Of a stretch of 64,000 bases of DNA, positions 30,788-41,900 are shown one piece after another. The position numbers and the translations under genes are program-made. The first letter of the stretch is position 1. Each line of letters opens with the position of its first letter. Source of the stretch: a virus; IMG/VR virus record IMGVR_UViG_3300028030_000010, positions 1-64,000 of that record. One strand, 5' to 3'. Below the pieces are notes generated by a model, which was not told the DNA's origin, searched no databases, and was given only the letters and a program-made list of their open reading frames with translations.

Positions 30788-31297
30788 ATGAAACTACACA
30801 ACATTTCAAACGCTTTAATTAACTTTCAAGGTAGACTTATAGAGCCAGGAAGCAAAATTTATGTTAGCGAAGAAATTCTAGTTAAATATCAGCCATTATT
30901 ATATAGATATTATGAAGAAAACAAAGCAGTGATTGAAGATGTAAATGGAAAAAGGTTGTCTCTAGCTGAAGTTAAGAAAATAATCAATGGTTCTATTGTG
31001 CCGGATAAAAAAGTAGAAGAGCCAACTCCAAATTATTTAGATGTTGTTAATGAAGCTAACACAGAAAACGAAACGCCTGCAGAAAACGAAACACCTGCAG
31101 AAAACGAAACACCTGCAGAGAATGAAACGCCTGCAGAGAATGAAACGCCTGCAGAGAATGAAACGCCTGCAGAGAATGAAACACCTGCAGAGAATGAAAC
31201 GCCTGAGGTTAAAACTGAAGAAAACACTGAAGGCAAAGAGTCAGAAGAACCAAAAGTTAAAACAAAAACTACAAAAAGAAGAAATGTTAAAAAATGA
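30788..31297 (+). CDS. Hypothetical protein with ENETPA tandem repeat and basic tail
   Basis: 169 aa; own TATAAT (30761-30766) and RBS. Confidence 0.75.
   Translation: MKLHNISNALINFQGRLIEPGSKIYVSEEILVKYQPLLYRYYEENKAVIEDVNGKRLSLAEVKKIINGSIVPDKKVEEPTPNYLDVVNEANTENETPAENETPAENETPAENETPAENETPAENETPAENETPAENETPEVKTEENTEGKESEEPKVKTKTTKRRNVKK
31064..31204 (+). repeat. 18-bp coding tandem repeat (ENETPA x7 + ENETP)
   Basis: GA[AG]AA[CT]GAAAC[AG]CCTGCA units. Confidence 0.95.
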
Positions 31298-31779
31298 GTT
31301 TAAATTATCCAAAAATAGATATAGATAAAATCAGGGAGTTCTTACAGGACTACCCTGCTTTAAATATCCTAAAAGACAATATTGAACAATTTAAAGATGA
31401 ACTAATAGAGACTACTATTCCTATGGTTGTTCAAGAAGCCATAACGAAAAAACCAGCAATAAAAGGTTATATCAGTAAAATACCTGAAGTTGTTTGGATG
31501 TATGGCATAATTGCAAAATTACTCCAGTCTGAATCTTTTGTTCAATTAAGAAATTCTATATCAGTAGCGGACAACAACACACCTGGAGCTCAGTTGTTTG
31601 GTAAACATGGAGACTACTTACAAGTAAGCAATATGTTTCAACAACAATTTGAAATGATGTTAGATAATTTAGCTAAAAAGTTATGGTATGAAGGGCTATG
31701 GGGAAGCACTAGTTCTAACAGCATAGATGTTGAGCTAGGAGGATTGCTTGTTATTCCTAACGATTGGTGGCTTAGATGA
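31294..31779 (+). CDS. Putative head-tail adaptor (neck) protein
   Basis: IREFLQD...N.L...QFKDELI helical pattern and position upstream of the sheath. Confidence 0.55.
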   Translation: MSLNYPKIDIDKIREFLQDYPALNILKDNIEQFKDELIETTIPMVVQEAITKKPAIKGYISKIPEVVWMYGIIAKLLQSESFVQLRNSISVADNNTPGAQLFGKHGDYLQVSNMFQQQFEMMLDNLAKKLWYEGLWGSTSSNSIDVELGGLLVIPNDWWLR

Positions 31780-32588
31780 TAAAGCTAGTTAAAACAGATG
31801 TTGATTCTGTTGGAATCTTTGTGTACAAAGAACAATTTGAGTTTGATGTTTTTGATGTCTTTAGAAAAGAAGATGATGAGTGGGTAAAAATAGAAACTTT
31901 CAATTTTATTCCTGATGAAGTATTTTATCAAATAAAAGGAAGCAATAAGTTTCATAGAGAACCTGACTCTTATTTGTACAAAACAATTTTTTATAACAAA
32001 AATGAAAAAGTAAAAGAAGCTATACTTCAACCATTTGCATACAATGTTCCTCATTGGCAAAGAGGGATTATTAAAATGAAAAGGTATGAGTTTTTTATAA
32101 AAGCAAAAAAGATAAATGGTAACATGGTGTTAATTTTTAAACAGTTAGATGACAAAATACCCTGTCCTGAATGCTGGGATAGCGATCTTCAATCTAGCAC
32201 AAATTCAAATTGTTCTTTGTGTGGAGGAAGTGGATATATAAAAAAATACAGCAAACCAATATTTACTTGGGGCGGCCCTTATATGAACCAACCATCCGCT
32301 CCTCCTAAAGGAACTATAGATGGACTAGATAAGTTTAATCCTCATTATGGAGCTATAGCTTCAATAACATTATTGCCTGATGTTCCGATAGAAATGTATG
32401 ACCTAATTTATGTTATCAACTCTGGAGAATTAAACATTGTTCACTCGGTTTCTCAAACATACTTTCATAACCAATTAATGAGTCAGAATGTAACATGCGC
32501 TTCTTTACCTTCTGAAACAAGGGAATTTAAAGCAGTAGAAAAGGATATCGCAAAAAAAATAAAGGAAATAAATGGAATTCACCAATAA
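31776..32588 (+). CDS. Putative head-closure/neck protein with zinc finger
   Basis: CPECWD...CSLCGGSGY; position between adaptor and tail terminator. Confidence 0.55.
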   Translation: MIKLVKTDVDSVGIFVYKEQFEFDVFDVFRKEDDEWVKIETFNFIPDEVFYQIKGSNKFHREPDSYLYKTIFYNKNEKVKEAILQPFAYNVPHWQRGIIKMKRYEFFIKAKKINGNMVLIFKQLDDKIPCPECWDSDLQSSTNSNCSLCGGSGYIKKYSKPIFTWGGPYMNQPSAPPKGTIDGLDKFNPHYGAIASITLLPDVPIEMYDLIYVINSGELNIVHSVSQTYFHNQLMSQNVTCASLPSETREFKAVEKDIAKKIKEINGIHQ

Positions 32589-33258
32589 GGATATTTTTGA
32601 AATTACACAATCTGATTTTAATGATAAAAATAATGTGAGTCTCAATGGTCCTATTTTAGATTTAGACAATCAAAACAAAAATTTAACCCTTTCTCCAAAA
32701 GGGATATTAGGCTATTATTTAGCTATTCTTCAAAAGATGTTCGAAGAAAATAATAAAAATGTTATTGTGAAACCATTTTTTCAGGAGGATTTTACTCCTA
32801 ACAATTCTTCTCCAGTAATTTTTATAAACAGAGGCACATTGTCTCCGAGCCTAACAGCAGCACCTGGAGAAGCTTATCAAAACATAGATTTGAATATTCC
32901 ATTCGAAGGAATAAACCCTAACGAAACCAAAAGCGCAAGTTTTCTTTTAAACCAACAAATGCAAATAAGAATATATGCAGCTAATAGAGCTGAATTAGAA
33001 GTTATTGCATATGAAGTATATAAATTAATTTTAGCTACAAGCGATGATGTATTAAGTGAAATTTTTGAGAATATTGTACAGGTTACACCTCCTATAATGA
33101 GCAGTATACAACCCTCTCCTAAAAGCTCTGATTATTATTACATTGAATTAGACTGGCAAATAGTCTTTAAAGAATGCAATATTTTGATTTTCAAAGAAAA
33201 ATTGCTAAAATATAGTCGTTTAGTAGTGCATGACCACGATGCAAAAGAAATTCTATAA
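32572..33258 (+). CDS. Putative tail terminator/completion protein
   Basis: PVIFINRG...IRIYAANRAELEVIA pattern; directly upstream of the sheath. Confidence 0.5.
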   Translation: MEFTNKDIFEITQSDFNDKNNVSLNGPILDLDNQNKNLTLSPKGILGYYLAILQKMFEENNKNVIVKPFFQEDFTPNNSSPVIFINRGTLSPSLTAAPGEAYQNIDLNIPFEGINPNETKSASFLLNQQMQIRIYAANRAELEVIAYEVYKLILATSDDVLSEIFENIVQVTPPIMSSIQPSPKSSDYYYIELDWQIVFKECNILIFKEKLLKYSRLVVHDHDAKEIL

Positions 33259-33269
33259 AAGGAAAGAAG

Positions 33270-35405
33270 ATGTCATTAAGAATAAGACCTTACGTAAGTG
33301 TAGCTGAGTCAATTGCTCAAACAGCTCCTAACTTACTTCAAGTTACAATGCCAACTATTATAGTTGGACCTGCGGTGGATGAAAAAACTGGTTTTGACGC
33401 AGAGTTGGATTTTACTGTTATAAACAACGCTAGAATTTCTGATTTGCTTGCATTAGATTCTACTGGTAAAGTATTTAAAATTGCTGGTATTAGACCTGGT
33501 GCTACTATAGACGTGTCTAGCTTAGAGTTTGGTGCTAAAGAATTAAGTAGCGTTGTTGATTTTGCTGGGAAAGAACTTCATTTTCATGTTAAATCTTCTA
33601 CAGAAAAACACATTCTTGTATTAGAAAGTGGAGATAATTATGTTACAGAGCAAGATCTATTAGATAAAGGTGTTTTAATTGGGGATGATTTAACTATAAA
33701 TCCTCCAACAGAAGATGATGCGCCATTTACATCTAAAATTAGAGACTTTGGTAGAGATGATGATGGAAATCTATTAGTGTATCTATGGGATGAAGTTCCT
33801 TATGATGTGGATGAGACCACTTCATTAACTGCAAGCATTACAAAATATTTTAATAATGTAGCTTTAACTAAATCAGGCTTCACAATAGAAAATGTGGTAG
33901 GTTTTAGTGATAGCGTACTAATTAAAGGACCTGGTAGTTTTTCATTTGATTATTTTGTGTATCAGCCTACAGATGTAACTCCAGACTTTTCAAATATAAA
34001 AGTTTCAATTACTCCTTTAGTATTACCTAACACAAATCAAATAAAAATAACAGCATCAGCAAAAGATGGAAGATTATTTAACTGGTTTGTTGCAAATAGA
34101 ACAGATATTGCAAATCAAATCATTGATGTAAATTATAATAACTATCAAACTATTATAGGTAAAGGAACAATTAAAAACAAATTAGGTAAAGCTCTTGAGC
34201 TAATAGCTAATGAAATTCCAGGATTTAATGTGAAAATTTTTGTAGTAGAAAATGATAGCGATGACGCTTATACAAAAGCTCTAAATATACTTTCAACATC
34301 TACTAAAGCTTATCAAGTTAGTTGCTTAAGTGATTCTGAAAATGTATTAAACGCTTTAATTGGTGCAATCAAAAAAGGTGAACAACCTGAAATTAGTGCA
34401 TACAAAATGGGAATCTTTGCTCCAAGATTGCCTTTAATTTCTAAAAAACTAACACTAACTGATGCAACTATTACTGACAACGGAGATGGTACATTTACTA
34501 TTGAAACTCCTACAGGTGGATTTAGTGTAAGTGGAATTAGAGAAGGTGATGTGATAATTGGTTCTGAAGATTTAAAAATCGCAGATGAAGAATATTACAA
34601 TACAGTAGGAGAACCGTATACTGCTAAAGCAGTTGCAACTGTAACTACAGTAATCACTGATAAAAAACTTATAGTTACTCCTATTATATCTAACGCTAAT
34701 GTTGCTGAGGCTTTAAGCGGTCAAAATATAGTATTTATTTCTATTAACAACAAAGATGTTGTTGCAGATAGAATTAAAAAATTAGCTGAAAGTATTAATA
34801 ATATGCATATGGTGCTTGTTTTTCCTGATAAATTCATTATAGATGAAGAATTAGTTCCTGGTTATTATGTTGCTAGCCTTCTAGCTGCTATAATGGGACA
34901 TTTGCCTCCTCAACAAGGTTTAAGCAATCTATCTGTCAGAACTGTTGATAGAGTAGTTGGGTCTTCTTTCTATTATACTGACACAGAATTAGATGAAATT
35001 GCGGCAAGTGGGGTTACTGTGTTAGCTCAATCAAGTTATGACACTCCTCCATTTATAATTAGACAACTTACAACAAACATGAATTCTCTGGAAGAAATGG
35101 AGATTAATAAAGTTAGATGTTTAGATTATGCTGCTTTATCTATTAAAAATGTTGTAGATGGTTATGTAGGAAAAAGAAACGTTACTCAAAGAAACGTTAG
35201 TGATATAGCAGAGACAATTAAAGCTACTTTAAACAATATTATTAGAACAACAGCAAATGACTTATTAGGAAGCGTGATTACTAGTTATAAAATAAACAAT
35301 ATTGCAATTCCTGAGGATGAGCCTGATGCTATCACAGGAGATATAGAGGTGTATACACCAACATCTCTAAATGCAATTAGATTGTTTGTTAAATCAAAAA
35401 GTTAA
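33270..35405 (+). CDS. Tail sheath protein
   Basis: N-terminal RPYVSV, C-terminal sheath domain (PGYYVAS, ELDEIAASGV, RQLTT, EINKVRCLDY, PTSLNAIRL); promoter TGCTAAAAT 33203-33211. Confidence 0.88.
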   Translation: MSLRIRPYVSVAESIAQTAPNLLQVTMPTIIVGPAVDEKTGFDAELDFTVINNARISDLLALDSTGKVFKIAGIRPGATIDVSSLEFGAKELSSVVDFAGKELHFHVKSSTEKHILVLESGDNYVTEQDLLDKGVLIGDDLTINPPTEDDAPFTSKIRDFGRDDDGNLLVYLWDEVPYDVDETTSLTASITKYFNNVALTKSGFTIENVVGFSDSVLIKGPGSFSFDYFVYQPTDVTPDFSNIKVSITPLVLPNTNQIKITASAKDGRLFNWFVANRTDIANQIIDVNYNNYQTIIGKGTIKNKLGKALELIANEIPGFNVKIFVVENDSDDAYTKALNILSTSTKAYQVSCLSDSENVLNALIGAIKKGEQPEISAYKMGIFAPRLPLISKKLTLTDATITDNGDGTFTIETPTGGFSVSGIREGDVIIGSEDLKIADEEYYNTVGEPYTAKAVATVTTVITDKKLIVTPIISNANVAEALSGQNIVFISINNKDVVADRIKKLAESINNMHMVLVFPDKFIIDEELVPGYYVASLLAAIMGHLPPQQGLSNLSVRTVDRVVGSSFYYTDTELDEIAASGVTVLAQSSYDTPPFIIRQLTTNMNSLEEMEINKVRCLDYAALSIKNVVDGYVGKRNVTQRNVSDIAETIKATLNNIIRTTANDLLGSVITSYKINNIAIPEDEPDAITGDIEVYTPTSLNAIRLFVKSKS

Positions 35406-35415
35406 AGGATAAGCG

Positions 35416-35748
35416 ATGGCAACAATTTCAGTACAACAAAACACAGGTTCTTGTAACGCAGTAATTGTTGGGTTCAATATTTCTTATGGAAATGATGCTC
35501 AACCTATTTATGAAGCTGGTCAAAAAAATATTTCTTGTGTAGTTGAAATTGAAGCAATGGCTCAAGTTTCAATTCAAAAAGCCCTCTTTAAAGAGGGGCA
35601 ATATACTACGGAAGTTAGTGCTATAAATCTTGCAAAAGTACCTAGCTTAACTTTGCAAGATGCAGTGGTTAAATACGGATACAGTGCTTCATCAGGTCAA
35701 GCATATGTTGTTGAAGATTTAACAATCATAGGAAGAAAGAGCAATTAG
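35416..35748 (+). CDS. Tail tube protein
   Basis: Immediately after the sheath; FNISY...QPIYEAG motif; 110 aa. Confidence 0.65.
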   Translation: MATISVQQNTGSCNAVIVGFNISYGNDAQPIYEAGQKNISCVVEIEAMAQVSIQKALFKEGQYTTEVSAINLAKVPSLTLQDAVVKYGYSASSGQAYVVEDLTIIGRKSN

Positions 35749-35751
35749 TTA

Positions 35752-37581
35752 ATGTTAGGATTCTTAAAAAGAAAAATTAAATTTCTTTCTTCCTCTTCTC
35801 ATTCTAATGAAGAATCACCTTTTTCTGCAAAATTAGACATAACAAAAGATAATATTTTTTTAGGTGTTGTTTTGGATGTTGATACAGAAAATGACTATAT
35901 AAGAGTTCATTTATTTCATTTAGATGACGATATATCTATTCCTAATCAACTAGATTTAGGGTTGAAACAAAATGATATGGTTTTAGTTGCTAGGGGCGAT
36001 GGAGTGTTCCATCTTTTAGGGAAAACCAACATTGAGCATAACAAAAGTTTTCAGCATGTGTTTTCTATAAAAGATGGAACTCTTACAAAAAAGCCTGTAG
36101 ATGGAAATGTAAGAAAATTTTATAAAGACATACATTTTGATGATTTTACTCCTGGTGAGATAATTAGGCATATTAAAGTAACTGGATACAGAATAAATGA
36201 AAAATTTATTGATATATTTTCTGGAATAGCTAGATTTACTTTAACATTTAGTCATGCTTTTATGAGAGCTTACAATATAATGTTTAAGCTTGTAGAAAAC
36301 GATTCATATATTCATTTCAAAGAAACTAAAGACAAAAAAGCATATCATTTCTTTTTTTGGTCCAATGAAGATAGTAAGCTAGATAAAAAATATTTTATAG
36401 AAATAAAAGGGGATGTGGAAACTTGTTTGAGTGAGAAAAACATCAAAATTAACAACCCTCCTTTTGATTTTGACAATGTTGTCTACATGAAAATAATTAT
36501 GTCATCAAAACCTTTTGCCAAAAAGAAATCTAAAATAGAACACGAATACATAGACAGAAAAAATAACTTCATTGGAGAAGGGGAAGATAAAATAAATTCG
36601 AATGTATATGACAAAATAAATTCATTCACAAACGCTGAAAATTTATTTGACAAAGAATTAAAGATAACTTTTAATTCTGTTGAGTTTTACCCAGCACTTA
36701 TAGAAATAAATGATATTTATGGACATAGAAAGATATTTTCTATTTCTGAAACTATTGTTGTCATGAATGAAAGCAATCACTATAAAGAAAAAAATTTAAT
36801 TATTACAGACAAAAATACACTAATATGGCAATCCTCTTATGAAGAATACAACAACCCTTATTCTGAGAATTCTTTTAAAATTACTAAAAACTATTCAAAC
36901 GAAGAATATCATAATTTTTATAACAGGCTAAATAAATTCTGGAGAGAGTATCAAGAGAGAAATCTATTTGTAAACATTCAAGCCGAACACTGTTCTAATT
37001 GTGATTTGAGAACAATGAAGATAGAATATAGTCCGATCTATTATTTTAAAGGCAATAATATAAATTACCATTTACAAAATCAATCTGACAATCCACCAAT
37101 ATATTCTATTAACCTAGATTCACCAAATGGAAAAATAAATAATATAATTTCTGTTGACAATGGTTTTATCTTAAATGGAAAAAAGGAAGGTGAAGATTTT
37201 GGTTTCTTATTAAATAAAACTTACTTTTTAAGTAAGGGTATTGAAAATGTTATTTTTAATGAAGCAAAATTCGCATCTTTTAAAGATGCAAATACTTTTG
37301 TTAACAATTTACTTATTAACGAGTCTATTTCTGCTAAAAAGAATTTTATATTATCTAGTGGAAATAGTTTTATAGTAAAAGCAAAAAACATTTATCTAGA
37401 AGGTGAACAAATTGCCAGTAAAGCTGAATATATCACCTCTATTGCATCTAAAAATATCGTTCTGTATGTATCTGACATTATTAGCGCAAGTCAACAAACT
37501 CAAACTTCTGCATTATTCCTAACTCCTAGTTTTATCAGCACAACTCCAAACATTTCTTTACCAGGATACTGCAAATGTTGA
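35752..37581 (+). CDS. Putative baseplate central spike (gp5/gpV-like)
   Basis: N-terminal OB-like GVVLDVD...RVHL, C-terminal beta-repeat region ending in CKC. Confidence 0.4.
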   Translation: MLGFLKRKIKFLSSSSHSNEESPFSAKLDITKDNIFLGVVLDVDTENDYIRVHLFHLDDDISIPNQLDLGLKQNDMVLVARGDGVFHLLGKTNIEHNKSFQHVFSIKDGTLTKKPVDGNVRKFYKDIHFDDFTPGEIIRHIKVTGYRINEKFIDIFSGIARFTLTFSHAFMRAYNIMFKLVENDSYIHFKETKDKKAYHFFFWSNEDSKLDKKYFIEIKGDVETCLSEKNIKINNPPFDFDNVVYMKIIMSSKPFAKKKSKIEHEYIDRKNNFIGEGEDKINSNVYDKINSFTNAENLFDKELKITFNSVEFYPALIEINDIYGHRKIFSISETIVVMNESNHYKEKNLIITDKNTLIWQSSYEEYNNPYSENSFKITKNYSNEEYHNFYNRLNKFWREYQERNLFVNIQAEHCSNCDLRTMKIEYSPIYYFKGNNINYHLQNQSDNPPIYSINLDSPNGKINNIISVDNGFILNGKKEGEDFGFLLNKTYFLSKGIENVIFNEAKFASFKDANTFVNNLLINESISAKKNFILSSGNSFIVKAKNIYLEGEQIASKAEYITSIASKNIVLYVSDIISASQQTQTSALFLTPSFISTTPNISLPGYCKC

Positions 37582-37994
37582 TTAGTTATTATGATTCTAA
37601 TGTAAATTTAGCATATAACCATTATTACACATTTCACGATTTAAAAACAAAGGACAGTTTAACTATATTAAAAGACCTTGAAGAAACATTAAATTTAAGC
37701 GAGAATAAATTTAAAGTTGCCAAAAGTGTATGTGGGGCCACATTGATAGATGGAAAACTTTCATACATTTCATTAAGCGATTTGAAATACAAATATCCAG
37801 ACAAATATAACAATTTAATTGAAGTATACACAAATTTATACAATGTTTCTCTTAGTTCTATAAAATATGGAGACATGATTATTTCATACGATGAAAAATT
37901 TTATGTATCAGGCAATTCTCCAATTGAAAACATACGAAATATTGTGTATAATGTGTTATCAGTTTCTATACTAGAAGATTATAAAAAACTATAA
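37575..37994 (+). CDS. Hypothetical protein
   Basis: 139 aa ORF in the tail operon. Confidence 0.65.
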   Translation: MLISYYDSNVNLAYNHYYTFHDLKTKDSLTILKDLEETLNLSENKFKVAKSVCGATLIDGKLSYISLSDLKYKYPDKYNNLIEVYTNLYNVSLSSIKYGDMIISYDEKFYVSGNSPIENIRNIVYNVLSVSILEDYKKL

Positions 37995-38003
37995 AGGTAA
38001 AAC

Positions 38004-38612
38004 ATGGAAAAAGACATTGTAACAACAGTAAAAGAAGATCTATTTAAGAAAGAATCAGAAACTAAAACTCAACACGTAGATAATGATAAAATTCAAAACC
38101 AAACATTAAAAAACAAACCAAATGATGATTCGGAAAAATCAATTGAACAAATTTTATCAGAGCTTGAAAGAACAAAAGACGATTTGAAACAAGCGTTATT
38201 AGAATTAGCGGAAAACGATACCTATAAAGAAGAATTCAGTCTTTTAAATAAAATTCCTATTATTCTAGAAGTTCAAAAACCAATTACTGCAGATGCCTTT
38301 TATGAAATAATAGCTGAATTATCTGATGTAAGTATAAACAAATTTGAATTTATATATGGAATATACACAGTTGCTGCAACTTTAAAAAAATATAAAAACG
38401 TTGAGCTCAACGAACATTGTAAAAAACAATTGGAAGAAAAACTTAGCAAAATAGATGATTTAGAAAAAGAGAAATTAATTTTAAAATGTAAAGCTGATTT
38501 TATAGAAAAAAATATTCCTTTACCTATTCTTTCTGCTTTAGAAAAAGAAGTTATCAGGTTTAATAGATTTGTTAATCTTTTTTCACGTAAGGAGATTCTG
38601 GATTTTTTATAG
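38004..38612 (+). CDS. Tail assembly chaperone (gpG-like)
   Basis: Upstream of tape measure; ends in slippery T TTT TTA. Confidence 0.7.
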   Translation: MEKDIVTTVKEDLFKKESETKTQHVDNDKIQNQTLKNKPNDDSEKSIEQILSELERTKDDLKQALLELAENDTYKEEFSLLNKIPIILEVQKPITADAFYEIIAELSDVSINKFEFIYGIYTVAATLKKYKNVELNEHCKKQLEEKLSKIDDLEKEKLILKCKADFIEKNIPLPILSALEKEVIRFNRFVNLFSRKEILDFL

Positions 38613-38914
38613 AAGAAGAGTATATAGCTGACTATATACTCTTTTTTGGTAATAAAAAATCTATTTATCCGTTTATTAGAAAACTTATCTTTTTAGCCTA
38701 CCAAGTTAAACAATCTCAGGAAAAGAAAAGGAGATTTTTAGAAACAAGCATACTTTCTACATCTATTTTGCTTACTAAAACAAAAAACAATAATTTTGAT
38801 ATAATATTTGACATGATGAAAGAATATGAAATTACTCTTTTCGGAAAAGATAAAAATGATGAACAAAATTTAGATATTGATGAGATTGTTGAATTTTTAA
38901 ATAGAGGAAAGTAA
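38609..38914 (+). CDS. -1 frameshift extension of the tail assembly chaperone (gpGT-like)
   Basis: -1 frame open for 101 codons from the slippery site to TAA at 38912-38914, abutting the tape-measure ATG. Confidence 0.8.
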   Translation: MEEEYIADYILFFGNKKSIYPFIRKLIFLAYQVKQSQEKKRRFLETSILSTSILLTKTKNNNFDIIFDMMKEYEITLFGKDKNDEQNLDIDEIVEFLNRGK

Positions 38915-41900
38915 ATGTTTGCATATGATTCTAATTTTGATTTAAACAATCCGTTTTATTTATATTTGTTAATGAAAGCTAAAAACAATCAACATATTTT
39001 TAATCATGCGATAGGATACAATCCATTTTTGATGCAAGATGATGATAGTTATGGATTCGACATCATAAACCATGTACCTTATTTGAATAGTCCATTTGTT
39101 GAACACGATTTTGGGTTAAAAGACATTTGGCTTCAAAAATGGGGAGCTTCTAGACAATTAGGGTTAAACAATATTTATGCTAATTTAGCTGCACAACAAC
39201 AATATGAATTAGAAGCTGAAAGCTTAAAAATAGGACTTTTCTCGACAGGTTTACAAGTAGGAAGTTTGGCTTTAGGTGGATGGATTGGAATACCTATTGG
39301 AATGGGAATAGATTATTTAACAGACAAGTATAAAGAAAATATCCACAAAATATATGCTCAAAATCAAAAAGTAAATATATTAACTTCTGGTTTATTAGGA
39401 GAAACAGGGGTTGATACTGGTTTATCTGCAAAAGAAGTCAAAGGTATTTCTAGATATATTAGAAAACTAGCTGTAGATGATGATTTGTTTAGTGCAGACG
39501 ATATTCAAGACATGATGCTTAAATTAACGAAAACAGGATTTTTAAACAATGTTAATTCTTCGCAAGAATTTAAAAAGATAACAAGAATTCTTAAAGATAG
39601 AGTTAAAGACTTAGCTGAATTTTTAGGAGAAACAGACCCTTCAAAATTATTAAACGATTTAGCTAAATATAAGAGTTTAGGATTTAACGCAAAACAATCA
39701 TTTGATATGATTAAATCGATAAAGATAGCATCTGATTTAAGTGGGATTAACAAAGAATTAATAGGACAAATGATTGGATTAGCAACATCTCAAGAAAACC
39801 CTCTATCAATAGATAGAAGATTAGTAGCTAAACAGCTAACCACTCAATTGTATCAAATAAACTATTTATCTAGAGGACCTTTTCAATCACATTATTTAAC
39901 AAACAGAAAAGAATATATGAATGCATATATGACCGCAAACCAAAAAGCAGAAGTTGCTCTAAATACTCAATTTGGATTTGATACAAATAAAGATGTGTAT
40001 TTAGCTATGGTATATGCTCAAAAGCATAAAATTAGCTTGCAAAAAGCATTCGACATAATTCAAAATATGAACACTACACAAAAAAGCGAATTAGTTAATA
40101 AATTTTCTACAGAAATAAAAGACTTTAGTAGAATATTTTTTGATAAAAATGCTTTAGCTACAGTAGTTCAAGAAAACCCTGAAGTAGGTAACTTGCATAT
40201 AAAAAGAACTCCTTTACAGAGATTGATAGATAGGGCTATAGAACAATTAGGTGGAAAAGCAACTGTCGAACAAATAGTTTCATTTTTGTCTCTAAATGGC
40301 TTTAATTCTAGAGAGATCTCGGCTGCAGTCCCTCTTATTGAAAACAGATTAAAGTTTGGCAATTGGAAAATGTTAGATTTACAAACAGAATCAGCTGAAT
40401 TCAAAAAACAAACATTAGACATACTTAACGAAAGGATAAAATATAAACAAAGACATGGATTTATTAACACTGTCGGCAGATGGATAAGAGGTGCAGAAAA
40501 CTGGATCACAGAATTTTTTGGTGGAGGCACTGGAGAAGATTTATTTAGCGAAGAGAAGCTCAGAGAAATGGCATTAAAATATAAAGCATCTGACAATAAT
40601 GAATATAGCCTCTATTTTAGAAGTCAAAACTTTAAAGAATTAACCGGAGCAAAAACATTTAAACAATATTTAAAAAATTTGGTTACCTATGGCAAAAAAT
40701 ACAAACACCCTCAGCTAACAGACGATAAAATAGAAGAAAACTTGGAAGAAGTGTCTGATTTTGCTGACAAAACAGGCTTAGATAAATATTTTGACAAAGA
40801 CTTTATTAGATATTCTTTTAAAAAAGAATGGTTAAAAGAAAATGTTTCTAATCCTTATCAATACTTCAAGCATTTATATAAAGAAAAATATAAAATGTTA
40901 AAATCTGATGATATGTTTAACAGCTTCTTAAATCCTTCAATAGAAGTGTTTACTCAATTAAGGACTCCTACAAAAAAAGTTGCCGAGTTTTTAGAGGAAC
41001 ACCCTGAATATGGTCAGTTTATTTCAAATAAAGGTTTAAGAGGTAGATTCCAAGTTGAATTAATGGCGTCTCTTTATGATAAGAATTTGTTACCTGAACC
41101 GGCTAAAACAGCAAAAATAATGAAAGCAGCTAATTTATATTTTGATTTAGCTAAATCAGGCAAACAAAATCAGTTTGAGGAAGAACTAAAAAAAAGAAAC
41201 ATTGTTCTAAATGAAGAGAGTATTAAAACCATAAAAGAAACATATTCTGCTTATGCAGACAAAACAACTCAAAAATCAAAATTAATAGAAGCAGCAATAA
41301 AAGGAGATGCAGAAGAATTTAAAGCGCAATTATTTAAAAGTTATGCGTTAGATAATACAGATATTGAATCATTAAAAAGAGAATTCAAAGATTTAGGGGT
41401 TGATGAAGATTTTATCAACATTTTAAATAAAAGAGAATTTGGAAATTTATCAAATATTTTTAAATCTAGAAAAGAAAAAGAAGGTTTAAAGGCGGCAGAA
41501 AAATTTTTAGGGGTATTAAATAGTGTAAATATATCTAAAAATGTTAGAAGTAAAATTGAAAAAGCCATAGAAAGTGGCGATAAAGAAGCTCTAGCTAAGG
41601 CAATAGACCTAATCAAAGATAAAAATGTAAAATACAAAGTAGCAAAAGGGGCTTTAGCTTTTACCCAATCAATGAAAGAACAAGATATTGATGAAGACGA
41701 ATGGGGGAAACTATTTAAAATAGCAAAAATAGACACCAGAAAAAAAGCATGGAAAAACATAGAAAACATTACTCACTTATTAGGAATAGATTACGCATCT
41801 AATGAAGAAAAATTAAAAATTATCCAAAAATGGAGTCAATCTCCTATAGAAGCTTTAGAGGAAATTAACAAAATAAGAAAAGCGCATCATCAGTCAAGTT

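Noticed and set aside
31033-31328. ORFs 31041..31328 (+) and 31033..31236 (-), or a CRISPR array
   Set aside because: Alternative-frame readings of the ENETPA tandem repeat; the units are contiguous with no spacers
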